Positions 10,502 through 18,521 of a DNA stretch of 64,000 nucleotides are shown here, in pieces. The stretch is from positions 32,019 through 96,018 of the forward strand of contig CAZPMS010000004.1 in the NCBI GenBank assembly GCA_964588165.1. Direction: 5' to 3'. The notes under the pieces are model-generated. The model had not been told where the DNA came from. It saw only the letters and a program-made list of their open reading frames with translations, and did no database searches. The stretch comes from an uncultured Gammaproteobacteria bacterium. GTDB lineage: Bacteria; Patescibacteriota; Patescibacteriia; UBA1558; UBA10009. The position numbers and the translations under genes were made by a program. Position 1 is the stretch's first letter. Each line of letters opens with the position of its first letter.

Positions 10502-11080
10502 TTAAATAAGCTTTAGTACTTTCCACCAATTGGTTATATATTCCGGACGTTTATTTTGATACTTAAGGTAATAAGCATGCTCCCAAACATCCAAACAAAA
10601 AATCGGTTCATGTCCTTTAAGTAATGGTGAATCTTGATTGGAGGTTGAATAAACTTCTAACTGGCCTTCTTTATTCTTTACCAACCAAGCCCAACCACTA
10701 CCAAATTGGCTAGTGGCGGCTTGATTAAACTTTTCTTTAAAAGCTTCTATAGATCCAAAAGTTGACTTAATTTCTTCCACCAGACTTTCATCAGCTTGAT
10801 TATTAGGATCAATAGATTTCCAAAACAGATTATGATTAATATACCCGCCACCGTTATTTTTGAAAGCTTGCCTGTCAGCTTCTTCCATAGATAAAGAATC
10901 AAGCTTTTTCATCAACTCTTCCGGGCTTTCTGACAAGTCCGGATATTTTTCTAAAATTCCGTTCATTTTATCGGTATATGCCTGATGATGCTTACTATGA
11001 TGGATTTCCATGGTTTGAGCATCAAAATATGGCTCCAGGCCGTCATAGGGATATGACAATTTGGGTAATTCATATTTCAT
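10502..11080 (-). CDS. sod: Fe/Mn superoxide dismutase
   Basis: HHSKHH, NHNLFW, FGSGWAWL, DVWEHAYY. Confidence 0.95.
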   Translation of the reverse strand: MKYELPKLSYPYDGLEPYFDAQTMEIHHSKHHQAYTDKMNGILEKYPDLSESPEELMKKLDSLSMEEADRQAFKNNGGGYINHNLFWKSIDPNNQADESLVEEIKSTFGSIEAFKEKFNQAATSQFGSGWAWLVKNKEGQLEVYSTSNQDSPLLKGHEPIFCLDVWEHAYYLKYQNKRPEYITNWWKVLKLI

Positions 11081-11170
11081 ATGATTAAATGTTTAATTAT
11101 AAATATTTCTTCCGACAACTAACTAAGTCATCGGTCATAGTTTATGGATTATGGCTTGTCTTTACGAAAT

Positions 11171-11758
11171 CTAAATCTTTCCTACCAAATCCAAACCGGG
11201 CTTAAGAGTCTTCTCACCCGGTTTCCAGTTAGCCGGACAAACTTCACCGCCGTGCTGCTTTACAAAAATAGCAGCCTGTAATTTTCTGAATAATTCTGCA
11301 GCGCTTCTGCCGATGTTATTATCATGAACTTCGTAAGCCTGGATAACGCCATCTGGATCAATAATAAAGCTACCCCTAAGTGACAAACCCTCAGCTTCTA
11401 TATAAGTTCCAAATGATTTACAAATTTTACCGGTTGGATCGGCAGCCATGGGGAATTTAATCTGGCCTATTGCTTCGGAATTATCATGCCAGGCTTTATG
11501 GACAAATACTGTATCGGTGCTGACACTTAAAACTTCTGCATCTGACTTGGTAAATTCTTCATACATATCGGCCATTTCTTTAAGTTCTGTAGGGCAGACA
11601 AATGTAAAGTCAGCCGGGTAAAAAAATAAAATCAGCCAATTGCCTTGGTAATCTGAAAGTTTAACTTTTTTAATTTGGTCTGCTTGATAGACTTCAAATT
11701 CTAAATCTTCAACTTTTTGGCCGATTAAAGCCGGCCTATTTTTAACTTCATTTTCCAT
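11171..11758 (-). CDS. ahpC: Peroxiredoxin AhpC
   Basis: FYPADFTFVCPTE and GEVCPANW. Confidence 0.95.
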   Translation of the reverse strand: MENEVKNRPALIGQKVEDLEFEVYQADQIKKVKLSDYQGNWLILFFYPADFTFVCPTELKEMADMYEEFTKSDAEVLSVSTDTVFVHKAWHDNSEAIGQIKFPMAADPTGKICKSFGTYIEAEGLSLRGSFIIDPDGVIQAYEVHDNNIGRSAAELFRKLQAAIFVKQHGGEVCPANWKPGEKTLKPGLDLVGKI

Positions 11759-11812
11759 ATCTTTTTGAATTAATTATTAGCGGACTTTTATTATAGCAAA
11801 AGTCTGCCAAAT

Positions 11813-11836
11813 AAAAAAGACGTCTATAATAGACGG
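11813..11836 (-). terminator. Intrinsic terminator after tRNA-Ser(TGA)
   Basis: cgtcta-tta-tagacg hairpin followed by tctttttt on the minus strand. Confidence 0.55.
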
Positions 11837-11839
11837 CTA

Positions 11840-11931
11840 TGGCGGAGAGGGTGGGATTCGAACCCACGGAACCCTTTAACAGGCTCAACAGTTTTCAAGA
11901 CTGTCCCATTCAACCACTCTGGCACCTCTCC
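11840..11931 (-). tRNA. tRNA-Ser(TGA)
   Basis: GGAGAGG acceptor, ACAGT-CTTGAAA-ACTGT anticodon arm, long variable arm, GTTCGAATC, encoded CCA. Confidence 0.95.
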
Positions 11932-12054
11932 ACGTCGGAATTCGCTTTTATGCTTTCGCATTCGAGCAAAGCTCAACTGCTCCAGCTTCAATCAAATTCC
12001 TCCTTTCCAATTCGCCAGAGGCGAATTGGGCGCCACCCCAAAATAGCATTTGCA

Positions 12055-12414
12055 TCATAATAATTTAGGGGGGGGTGGCGGAGAGTGAGGGATTTGAACC
12101 CTCGCGCCGCCTAAAAGACGACCTAACGGTTTAGCAAACCGTCCCCTTAAGCCACTTGGGTAACTCTCCGTATAATTTTCCAATTTATTTTTTAGATACT
12201 CTCTACCTTCTCCTGACTTAAAAAATTTTTCTCTGGCTATAGCATCATTATAGTTTAAACAAACTTCATAATATACCATCTTCCAAGGTCTGTAAAACTT
12301 AGTTGATTTAACATAGCCTAATTGATGCTGTCTTATTCTTTTATCTAGATTATTTGTATAACCTTTATACAGCCGTCCGTCAATTAAACTTTGAAGGACA
12401 TAAACATAAAACAT
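12055..12414 (-). CDS. GIY-YIG nuclease whose reading frame runs through tRNA-Ser(GCT)
   Basis: MFYVYVLQS...LYKGYTNNLDKRIRQH...RPWKMVYYE...AIAREKFFKSGEGR; the tail ESYPSGLRGRFAKP is tRNA sequence. Confidence 0.85.
   Translation of the reverse strand: MFYVYVLQSLIDGRLYKGYTNNLDKRIRQHQLGYVKSTKFYRPWKMVYYEVCLNYNDAIAREKFFKSGEGREYLKNKLENYTESYPSGLRGRFAKPLGRLLGGARVQIPHSPPPPPKLL
12076..12169 (-). tRNA. tRNA-Ser(GCT)
   Basis: GGAGAGT acceptor, ACGGT-TTGCTAA-ACCGT anticodon arm, long variable arm, GTTCAAATC, encoded CCA. Confidence 0.95.
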
Positions 12415-12447
12415 TTACTTATCTTTCCTGCCCTGTGAATAAATTTA

Positions 12448-12492
12448 TAAGCCACTTGCCTGCCTGCCGGCAGGCAGGGGTAACTCTCCGTA
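12448..12492 (-). repeat. Duplicated 5' end of tRNA-Ser(GCT) interrupted by a 20-bp palindrome
   Basis: taagccacttg[cctgcctgccggcaggcagg]ggtaactctccgta versus intact taagccacttgggtaactctccgta at 12148-12172. Confidence 0.9.
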
Positions 12493-12526
12493 ATACTTTT
12501 TCTATTAAATTTTATTGACTTGATGT

Positions 12527-12555
12527 AATATAGTACTAAACCAGCTATTTGTCAA
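12527..12555 (-). promoter_or_regulatory. Promoter for the tRNA-Ser/GIY-YIG unit
   Basis: TTGACA-17 bp-TATATT on the minus strand. Confidence 0.6.
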
Positions 12556-12583
12556 TATTATATAACTATTATATAATTATCTC

Positions 12584-13075
12584 ATGGAAGAAGAAAATTT
12601 AGACCGCGGAGAAGTTTTAGCTAAATGGAACTTCGCTGAATTTGAAAAACCACAAAGAAATAAAAGTTGGTATTTTATTGCTTTTATTATTTTTTTATTA
12701 TTTTTAATTTATGCTTTGGTAACCGTAAATTTCTTGTTTGCCATTATTATAATAATCAGCGCCATTATATTATTAATGAGAAATCGATATGAACCTGATC
12801 AAATAACCTTTTCCATAACCGAAGACGGCTTTATTGTAAACGATAAATTTTATGACTTTGAAACAATAAGGTATTACTACATAATCTATAAGCCACCGGA
12901 GATTAAAAATTTATACGTTGAATTTAAATCAATAGCCAAGCCTAGATTGATAGTTCCCTTAGAAAACCAAAATCCTTTAGAAATCAGAGAAATCTTAAAT
13001 CAATTTTTAGAAGAAAATTTAGAAAAAGAAGAAGAGCCTGCTTCTGAAGCTTTTAGAAAAATATTAAAACTCTAG
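12584..13075 (+). CDS. Two-TM hypothetical protein with a soluble C-terminal domain
   Basis: W..EF...RNKSWY followed by two TM helices; CPR-type small membrane protein. Confidence 0.75.
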   Translation: MEEENLDRGEVLAKWNFAEFEKPQRNKSWYFIAFIIFLLFLIYALVTVNFLFAIIIIISAIILLMRNRYEPDQITFSITEDGFIVNDKFYDFETIRYYYIIYKPPEIKNLYVEFKSIAKPRLIVPLENQNPLEIREILNQFLEENLEKEEEPASEAFRKILKL

Positions 13076-13096
13076 ACAAATCAAATTAAATAAATT

Positions 13097-13124
13097 AAAC
13101 TCACTTAAAAGAAGTGAGTTTTTT
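13097..13124 (+). terminator. Intrinsic terminator directly abutting tRNA-Arg
   Basis: aactcactt-aaaag-aagtgagtt followed by T-tract. Confidence 0.6.
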
Positions 13125-13201
13125 GTCCCCGTAGCTCAGCTGGATAGAGCGTAGGCTTGCGGTGCCTAAGGTCGGAGGTTCGACTCCTCCCGGGGACGCC
13201 A
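13125..13201 (+). tRNA. tRNA-Arg(GCG)
   Basis: GTCCCCG acceptor, TAGGC-TTGCGGT-GCCTA anticodon arm, GTTCGACTC, CCA. Confidence 0.93.
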
Positions 13202-13273
13202 ATTATGATTTTAAAAAACTGCCAAAAAATTTGGTTGTTTTTTTAAAATAAAAAAAGAGTAAGTGTTATGTTA

Positions 13274-13567
13274 TCACTTACTCTCTAAAGCTCTTTTGAG
13301 TTGGCCAACCGCATTAGTCCTGGATGGCACAGAAAGACGAAGACCGCAATGCGGACAAAATACAACTTTTTTGCATCCCGGTATCAATGTCAAATTGATT
13401 AGACCACAATCTTCATGGGATAGAATAACCTTCTTAAGCGAAAGTACTCTGATTGCATTCGCTGAAGGCTTTTCATAGTTACCCTGGGATGGTTCATAAA
13501 GAATCCTCAACCACCCTTCATCGTTTGATAACCGAATTTTTGCAACAAGATATGTTGGTGCGCTCAC
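13274..13567 (-). CDS. Small hypothetical protein, possible Zn-ribbon (HEDC...CPHC)
   Basis: GTG start with AAGGAGG SD; TTGACA-17-TATTAT promoter at 13630-13658. Confidence 0.6.
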   Translation of the reverse strand: MSAPTYLVAKIRLSNDEGWLRILYEPSQGNYEKPSANAIRVLSLKKVILSHEDCGLINLTLIPGCKKVVFCPHCGLRLSVPSRTNAVGQLKRALESK

Positions 13568-13712
13568 TGTACTACCCTCCTTACTTAGTTGAACCTTTTA
13601 GCTAGACTCTAAAAATACGATAATAGTAGATAATATCATATTTCCTTAATTATGTCAACCCTACTTAATATAATAACTATTTTTTTATGCCATTATTTGC
13701 TAAAATCAAAAC

Positions 13713-15779
13713 ATGATTTTATTAGATACTCCTGTAGAAAATCTTTCCAGAATAGGTAAAACCGTAGCCTCCAGGCTTAAACGTCTGGGTGTTTTTAATA
13801 CTTTTGATTTAATTCATTATTTCCCTTTTAGATATGATGACTTTTCTAATTTAAAAAATATAGCTGATCTAAAGCCGGGCGACATTACAACCGTAAGAGG
13901 TAAAATTGAACTTTTAACCAATAAACGCTCCCCTAGAAAAAAAATGGTAATTACAGAATGCTTTTTAACAGATGAAACAGGTTCCATAAAAGCTATTTGG
14001 TTTAGGCAGCCTTATATTGCTAAAACTTTAAAAAATGGCGATGAAGTTTATTTTTCCGGAAAAGTAATGGGCGATTTGTTTTCATTAACCTTCCAAAATC
14101 CTTCTTATGAAAAAGTTGCAACTGAAACTACCCATACGGCCAGGCTGGTGCCTATTTATCCTTTAACCAGCGGCTTAACCCAAAAACAGTTAAGGTTTTT
14201 AACTAAGCAATCGATGGCTATTATTGATAAGATAGAAGATATTTTACCGGCCAGTTTTAAAACAAAATACCAATTATCCGATCTAACTACGGCCTTAAAA
14301 ACAATTCATTTTCCGGAAAATAAAGCTGAAATAGAAACAGCCACCAGGCGTCTAAAATTTAATGAGCTTTTAGGGTTCCATTTGCAAAATTATTTATTAA
14401 AAAAAGATGCCGAGTCCAGTGTGGCTAAAGCTTTAAAGTTTAAGGAAGAGGAAACCAAAAAAATTGTCAGCAACTTAGGATTTATATTAACTGGCGCCCA
14501 AAAAAAGTCAGCCTGGCAAATCCTGCAGGATATGGAAAAAACTAAGCCAATGAACCGCCTGTTGGAAGGCGACGTTGGTTCGGGCAAAACTGTAGTGGCA
14601 GCCCTAGCCATTGCTTCTGCTACTTTAAATAAAAAACAGACTGCCCTGCTGGCACCTACAGAAATTTTAGCCAGCCAGCATTTTAAAACCCTGCAGGAAT
14701 TATTAAAACCAATTAACTGCACTATTGGCCTATTTACTAAAAACAAACACTTTACTTATAATACTGCCGATAAAAAAACTTCAAAACTTACTAAAGCCAA
14801 GTTGGCTAAATTAATTGATGCCGCAGAAATTAATCTGGTGGTGGGCACCCACGCTATGTTAGAAGAAAAAATTGACTTTAAAAATTTAGAATTGGTAATT
14901 ATTGATGAGCAGCACCGCTTTGGCGTAGAACAAAGGAAGGCCTTGCGGGAAAAATCAGGCGATTCTAAAACTACGCCTCATCTGCTTTCTATGACAGCAA
15001 CGCCAATCCCCCGCACTTTGGCTTTAACTATTTATGGTGATTTAAATTTATCCATTATTGATGAACTGCCGCCCGGCAGAAAAAAACCTATTACTAAATT
15101 AATAGAGCCCCTGCAAAGAGACAAAGCCTATGAATTTATTTTGGAAAAAATTAATGAAGGCAGGCAGGCTTTTGTAATCTGCCCGTTAATAGAAGAATCT
15201 GATAAGCTGGGGGTAAAATCTGCCACCGAAGAATATAATAAGCTCTCCGAAAAAATCTTTCCACAGCTTAAAATTGGCTTGCTCCACGGCAGGTTAAAGC
15301 CCAAAGAAAAAGAGGAGGTAATGAATAAATTTACTGAAGGGGAAATTAATATTTTAGTGGCAACCTCTTTAATAGAAGTAGGAGTTAACGTACCCAACGC
15401 CAGTGTAATGGTTATTGAATCGGCCGAAAGGTTTGGCCTTTCACAATTGCATCAGTTTAGAGGCAGGGTTAACCGGGCCGGCTTCCAAGCTTACTGTTTA
15501 TTATTTTCTGATTCCAACACCAAAAAATCTGTAGATAGGCTAAAAACTTTAGTTAACTGCTTTGACGGTTTTAAACTGGCTGAAGAAGATTTAAAGCTTA
15601 GAGGTTCCGGCAGTTTTACCGGTACGGCCCAATCTGGCTTTTTAGCCCAATTTAGAATGGCTACTTTTGCTGATGCAAAATTAATTGCCGAAACCAAAGA
15701 AGCCCTGGAGGAACTAATTAAAGACAATCCCGAAGTTATTGATAAATTCAATATAAAAACCAACATTCATCCTGAATAA
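13713..15779 (+). CDS. recG: ATP-dependent DNA helicase RecG
   Basis: Wedge domain, GDVGSGKT, DEQHRFG, MTATPIPRTL, QLHQFRGRV. Confidence 0.96.
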   Translation: MILLDTPVENLSRIGKTVASRLKRLGVFNTFDLIHYFPFRYDDFSNLKNIADLKPGDITTVRGKIELLTNKRSPRKKMVITECFLTDETGSIKAIWFRQPYIAKTLKNGDEVYFSGKVMGDLFSLTFQNPSYEKVATETTHTARLVPIYPLTSGLTQKQLRFLTKQSMAIIDKIEDILPASFKTKYQLSDLTTALKTIHFPENKAEIETATRRLKFNELLGFHLQNYLLKKDAESSVAKALKFKEEETKKIVSNLGFILTGAQKKSAWQILQDMEKTKPMNRLLEGDVGSGKTVVAALAIASATLNKKQTALLAPTEILASQHFKTLQELLKPINCTIGLFTKNKHFTYNTADKKTSKLTKAKLAKLIDAAEINLVVGTHAMLEEKIDFKNLELVIIDEQHRFGVEQRKALREKSGDSKTTPHLLSMTATPIPRTLALTIYGDLNLSIIDELPPGRKKPITKLIEPLQRDKAYEFILEKINEGRQAFVICPLIEESDKLGVKSATEEYNKLSEKIFPQLKIGLLHGRLKPKEKEEVMNKFTEGEINILVATSLIEVGVNVPNASVMVIESAERFGLSQLHQFRGRVNRAGFQAYCLLFSDSNTKKSVDRLKTLVNCFDGFKLAEEDLKLRGSGSFTGTAQSGFLAQFRMATFADAKLIAETKEALEELIKDNPEVIDKFNIKTNIHPE

Positions 15780-15846
15780 TTAATTAATGATAAATCCGAA
15801 GATATCTGTAATTTGCTCGTATTATATCTAAAAAGCCTACCCCTTT

Positions 15847-15953
15847 TGTCATCCCGACCGAACCCGCCGATTCGGCGGGGAAGCGAAGGGATCCCGTAAT
15901 ATCTAGTACGTGCTAATTTGCAACGGGATTTCTCGGCGGAGCTCGAAATGACA
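15847..15953. repeat. TGTCAT...ATGAC(A) cruciform palindromic element, copy 1
   Basis: Terminal IR, internal gatcccg/cgggat stem, nested cccgccgattcggcggg hairpin, flanking aaaagcctacc/ggtaggctttt stem. Confidence 0.85.
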
Positions 15954-15976
15954 GGTTAAGGTAGGCTTTTGTTAGC

Positions 15977-16005
15977 TTGACAAATCCATTTTTTATGTAT
16001 ATAAT
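15977..16005 (+). promoter_or_regulatory. Consensus sigma70 promoter
   Basis: TTGACA-17 bp-TATAAT. Confidence 0.8.
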
Positions 16006-16018
16006 ATTTGGTATTGAT

Positions 16019-16137
16019 GAGGATAGGCTGAAGTTTACACGCAAGGCAACAGAAGTCTACACCCGACAAAATGGGCTTCCAAACTTGCACGTAAATAACT
16101 GGGTTGGACTGAACCCTCGTCCCAGTTGCCTATCCTC
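16019..16137 (+). ncRNA. Candidate structured leader RNA / sRNA (three-way junction)
   Basis: P1 16019-28/16128-37 (10 bp), P2 16034-45/16084-95, inner 16052-57/16074-79, P3 16097-103/16121-127; starts just after a consensus promoter. Confidence 0.45.
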
Positions 16138-16280
16138 TAACTTTAACCACCACGTTCTTTAAATAGATACAAAACAACTTCAAAAAAAGGGAGGGTTTAT
16201 GCCACGTGCTTCACCCTAAGTTTTCTTCATTTTTCTTGGTTGAGTATTCAACTCATCTTTACCTAAAACCGAGGGTTCAA

Positions 16281-16622
16281 ATGGACGAAAACGTTGCGCA
16301 ATCTCCCCCAAGAGTGGAGACAGGCAGTCTACCTCACTTTACGAGTATTCAAGAAGTTGAGGATGAATATCCAGGGTTCCAAAAAACCGAAGTTGATATC
16401 TTCGGATCATTCACGCCAACTAAGGCTGAGCAGGTACCGCTACAAGGTCAAAGTGCTCAAATCATTGGCTTTGAACTGAACGGAAGCCTCGCTGGCACAA
16501 CAGTCTTTGCATCTTTTGGCTGTCAAAGTGCACATGACAGCCATAAAATTCATGTGTTAACGATGCAAAACTTCCGCAACAGCGGCGAAATTGCTCGGGA
16601 GCTTGAATTGGTTCAGGCTTAG
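16281..16622 (+). CDS. Hypothetical protein (113 aa)
   Basis: ATG 16281 preceded by GAGGG; followed by a terminator. Confidence 0.55.
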   Translation: MDENVAQSPPRVETGSLPHFTSIQEVEDEYPGFQKTEVDIFGSFTPTKAEQVPLQGQSAQIIGFELNGSLAGTTVFASFGCQSAHDSHKIHVLTMQNFRNSGEIARELELVQA

Positions 16623-16641
16623 CAATGAAGTATGAACTCAA

Positions 16642-16677
16642 AAACCGGTTTGCAATATGCAAGCCGGTCTTCTTTTT
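16642..16677 (+). terminator. Intrinsic, probably bidirectional, terminator
   Basis: aaccggtttgca-ata-tgcaagccggtt followed by cttctttt. Confidence 0.7.
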
Positions 16678-16687
16678 GCTAAATTAT

Positions 16688-17707
16688 TTAATTGCCACAA
16701 TATGAATTAACCTTTTTATATTCTTCAAAATCACCATTAGGAAAAGGTTCAACTATATCTAAACCATTTTCTATTACACAATAAGATTCAGATTCATTGT
16801 CTTGTGCACAAGAGCTGCCTATGTGCCGGCTTGATCCATCTTGAGTATCAGCTATATAAACATTGCCACAGTCAAATTTTTCATCACTTAAAATATTCCT
16901 AACAATGAATTCCTCATCCGCCCATTTTGGATCAGTATTTCCTAAAGTTGTTAATCTTAGATTGCCTTTACAGCTATGGCTACTAAAGCCATCTTTTATG
17001 CAAACTTTATCAGGAGATTCACACCTAGTAAAAACGCAGCCTCGCTCATCATCTAAAGCACTTATATTTAAATTAAAACTGAAACCGCAATTACCATAAA
17101 AATCTTTTGCATTCGCTGCTTCAAACTTAGCCAAAGAGCAATATTTTACCTCGGTTATGCTAGCTTTTTCTACAATAGGTATAGCCAATTTAAAATCCAC
17201 CAATTGTGGATTAATAGTATAAAGAATAACATAAGACCCTAAAGCCAACATTAGGCCCATTATGGCCCCAAATATCGTTTCTTTGGCTGCATTAATTTTA
17301 TCCGGGCTGCCGCCGGAAAACAGCCAAATAAAACCGCCTATGGCTATCATTAAAACGGCTATAATGCCGGCTATGCCCACAAAAAATTTATACAAGGCCG
17401 CAATATATTCTCCTGCTAAATTACCGCTTATATAATTACCTTCATTATCGGTGGTATCAATGGTTAAGGTTTCGCCCCGTTTAAAAATTGACCCCGGAAT
17501 GGTTAAATTGGGCGTAAATTCTGCGGGTTGATTAGAATCAGTGCCAAAAATACTATCCAAAAGCGGTTTAGCAGAAACTTCCTGCAAATTTAAAAAAGAA
17601 AATGACAAGCCAAAAATAACAACTATAAGGATTAAAGAGATAATATACTTTCTTTTTCCGCCAAAGGCGGATCCGCCTTTGGCGGACATATTTTTTGTAT
17701 CATTCAT
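16688..17707 (-). CDS. CPR pilin-like (TrbC/VirB2-type TM core) protein with Cys-rich tail
   Basis: YIAALYKFFVGIAGIIAVLMIAIGGFIWLFSGGSPDKINAAKETIFGAIMGL...SYVILYTINPQL. Confidence 0.75.
   Translation of the reverse strand: MNDTKNMSAKGGSAFGGKRKYIISLILIVVIFGLSFSFLNLQEVSAKPLLDSIFGTDSNQPAEFTPNLTIPGSIFKRGETLTIDTTDNEGNYISGNLAGEYIAALYKFFVGIAGIIAVLMIAIGGFIWLFSGGSPDKINAAKETIFGAIMGLMLALGSYVILYTINPQLVDFKLAIPIVEKASITEVKYCSLAKFEAANAKDFYGNCGFSFNLNISALDDERGCVFTRCESPDKVCIKDGFSSHSCKGNLRLTTLGNTDPKWADEEFIVRNILSDEKFDCGNVYIADTQDGSSRHIGSSCAQDNESESYCVIENGLDIVEPFPNGDFEEYKKVNSYCGN
17657..17686. repeat. 30-bp perfect palindrome inserted in-frame (SAKGGSAFGG)
   Basis: tccgccaaaggcgga-tccgcctttggcgga: two 6-bp-stem/3-nt-loop hairpins. 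Confidence 0.9.
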
Positions 17708-17774
17708 ATCTTTATATTTTTATTTTACCCAACACCACTTTTTTTATCAAGTCTAATAGATGTAAAAGTATTAC

Positions 17775-18461
17775 TTATTCTAAAACTTTTTCCAGTTCGG
17801 CTAAACTTATTAAACCGCTTTTTCTTTGGCCATTAATAAAAAAGTAAGGCGTGCCATCTATTAACAAGCTTTGGCCCTCGTTATAGCCGTCATTTACTAA
17901 AGTCAAGGTTTGCTGTGCCGAATAACATTGGTTAAATTCATTTAAATTCAAATCTAAATTTTCAGCTACGCCCAAATAAAGCTTATCACCTAAGCTTTCT
18001 TGGTTGGCAAAAAGATAAGCGCTGTAATCCCAAAAATTTCCCTGATTTTGGGCGCATCTGGCCGCCACAGCTGCCGAAGTTGCCTGAGGATGTAAAGGGT
18101 TCGCTAAATCTTTCCAAACAATTACAAAATTATTGGGATATTTAGCCACTAAATTCATTAAAACTTCAAAGCTATCAGCGCAATAAGGGCACTGAAAATC
18201 GGCAAACATAACTATTAAATGTTCGGCCTCGGAGCTTCCTAAACGGGGATCGGTAATTTTAAAAACTGGCTCAGATAATGCCGGCTGCTGGGCCTGGAAA
18301 AAAACCCTTTTTAAAGACTCTAAATATTCTTCGCTATCTTTAAGTATATTGATACCGACAAAATACCTTACAATAATCAAAACAACAAAGGCCAAAAGGA
18401 TAGCCAATAATAATTTAAAAATAAGGTTTTCTTGTTTTGAAGATAAGTTGTATTCTGACAT
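17775..18461 (-). CDS. DsbA/thioredoxin-fold oxidoreductase with N-terminal TM
   Basis: FADFQCPYC, AAVAARCA..QG.FW, GTPYFFING. Confidence 0.9.
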   Translation of the reverse strand: MSEYNLSSKQENLIFKLLLAILLAFVVLIIVRYFVGINILKDSEEYLESLKRVFFQAQQPALSEPVFKITDPRLGSSEAEHLIVMFADFQCPYCADSFEVLMNLVAKYPNNFVIVWKDLANPLHPQATSAAVAARCAQNQGNFWDYSAYLFANQESLGDKLYLGVAENLDLNLNEFNQCYSAQQTLTLVNDGYNEGQSLLIDGTPYFFINGQRKSGLISLAELEKVLE

Positions 18462-18462
18462 A

Positions 18463-18520
18463 ATATCGTGTAGCTTGTATCGTGTATCTAGTTAAACGAT
18501 ATACGATAAACAATATGCGA
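18463..18520. repeat. Intergenic inverted heptamer array (tatcgtg / cgatata)
   Basis: tatcgtg tagcttg tatcgtg tatctag ... acgatat acgataa acaatat gcga. Confidence 0.65.
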
Positions 18521-18521
18521 C

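Noticed and set aside
11839-12060. 73-aa ORF MAERVGFEPT
   Set aside because: Antisense translation of tRNA-Ser(TGA)
15977-16162. 61-aa ORF MTNPFFMY
   Set aside because: Starts at the TTGACA -35 box and spans the structured leader; no RBS
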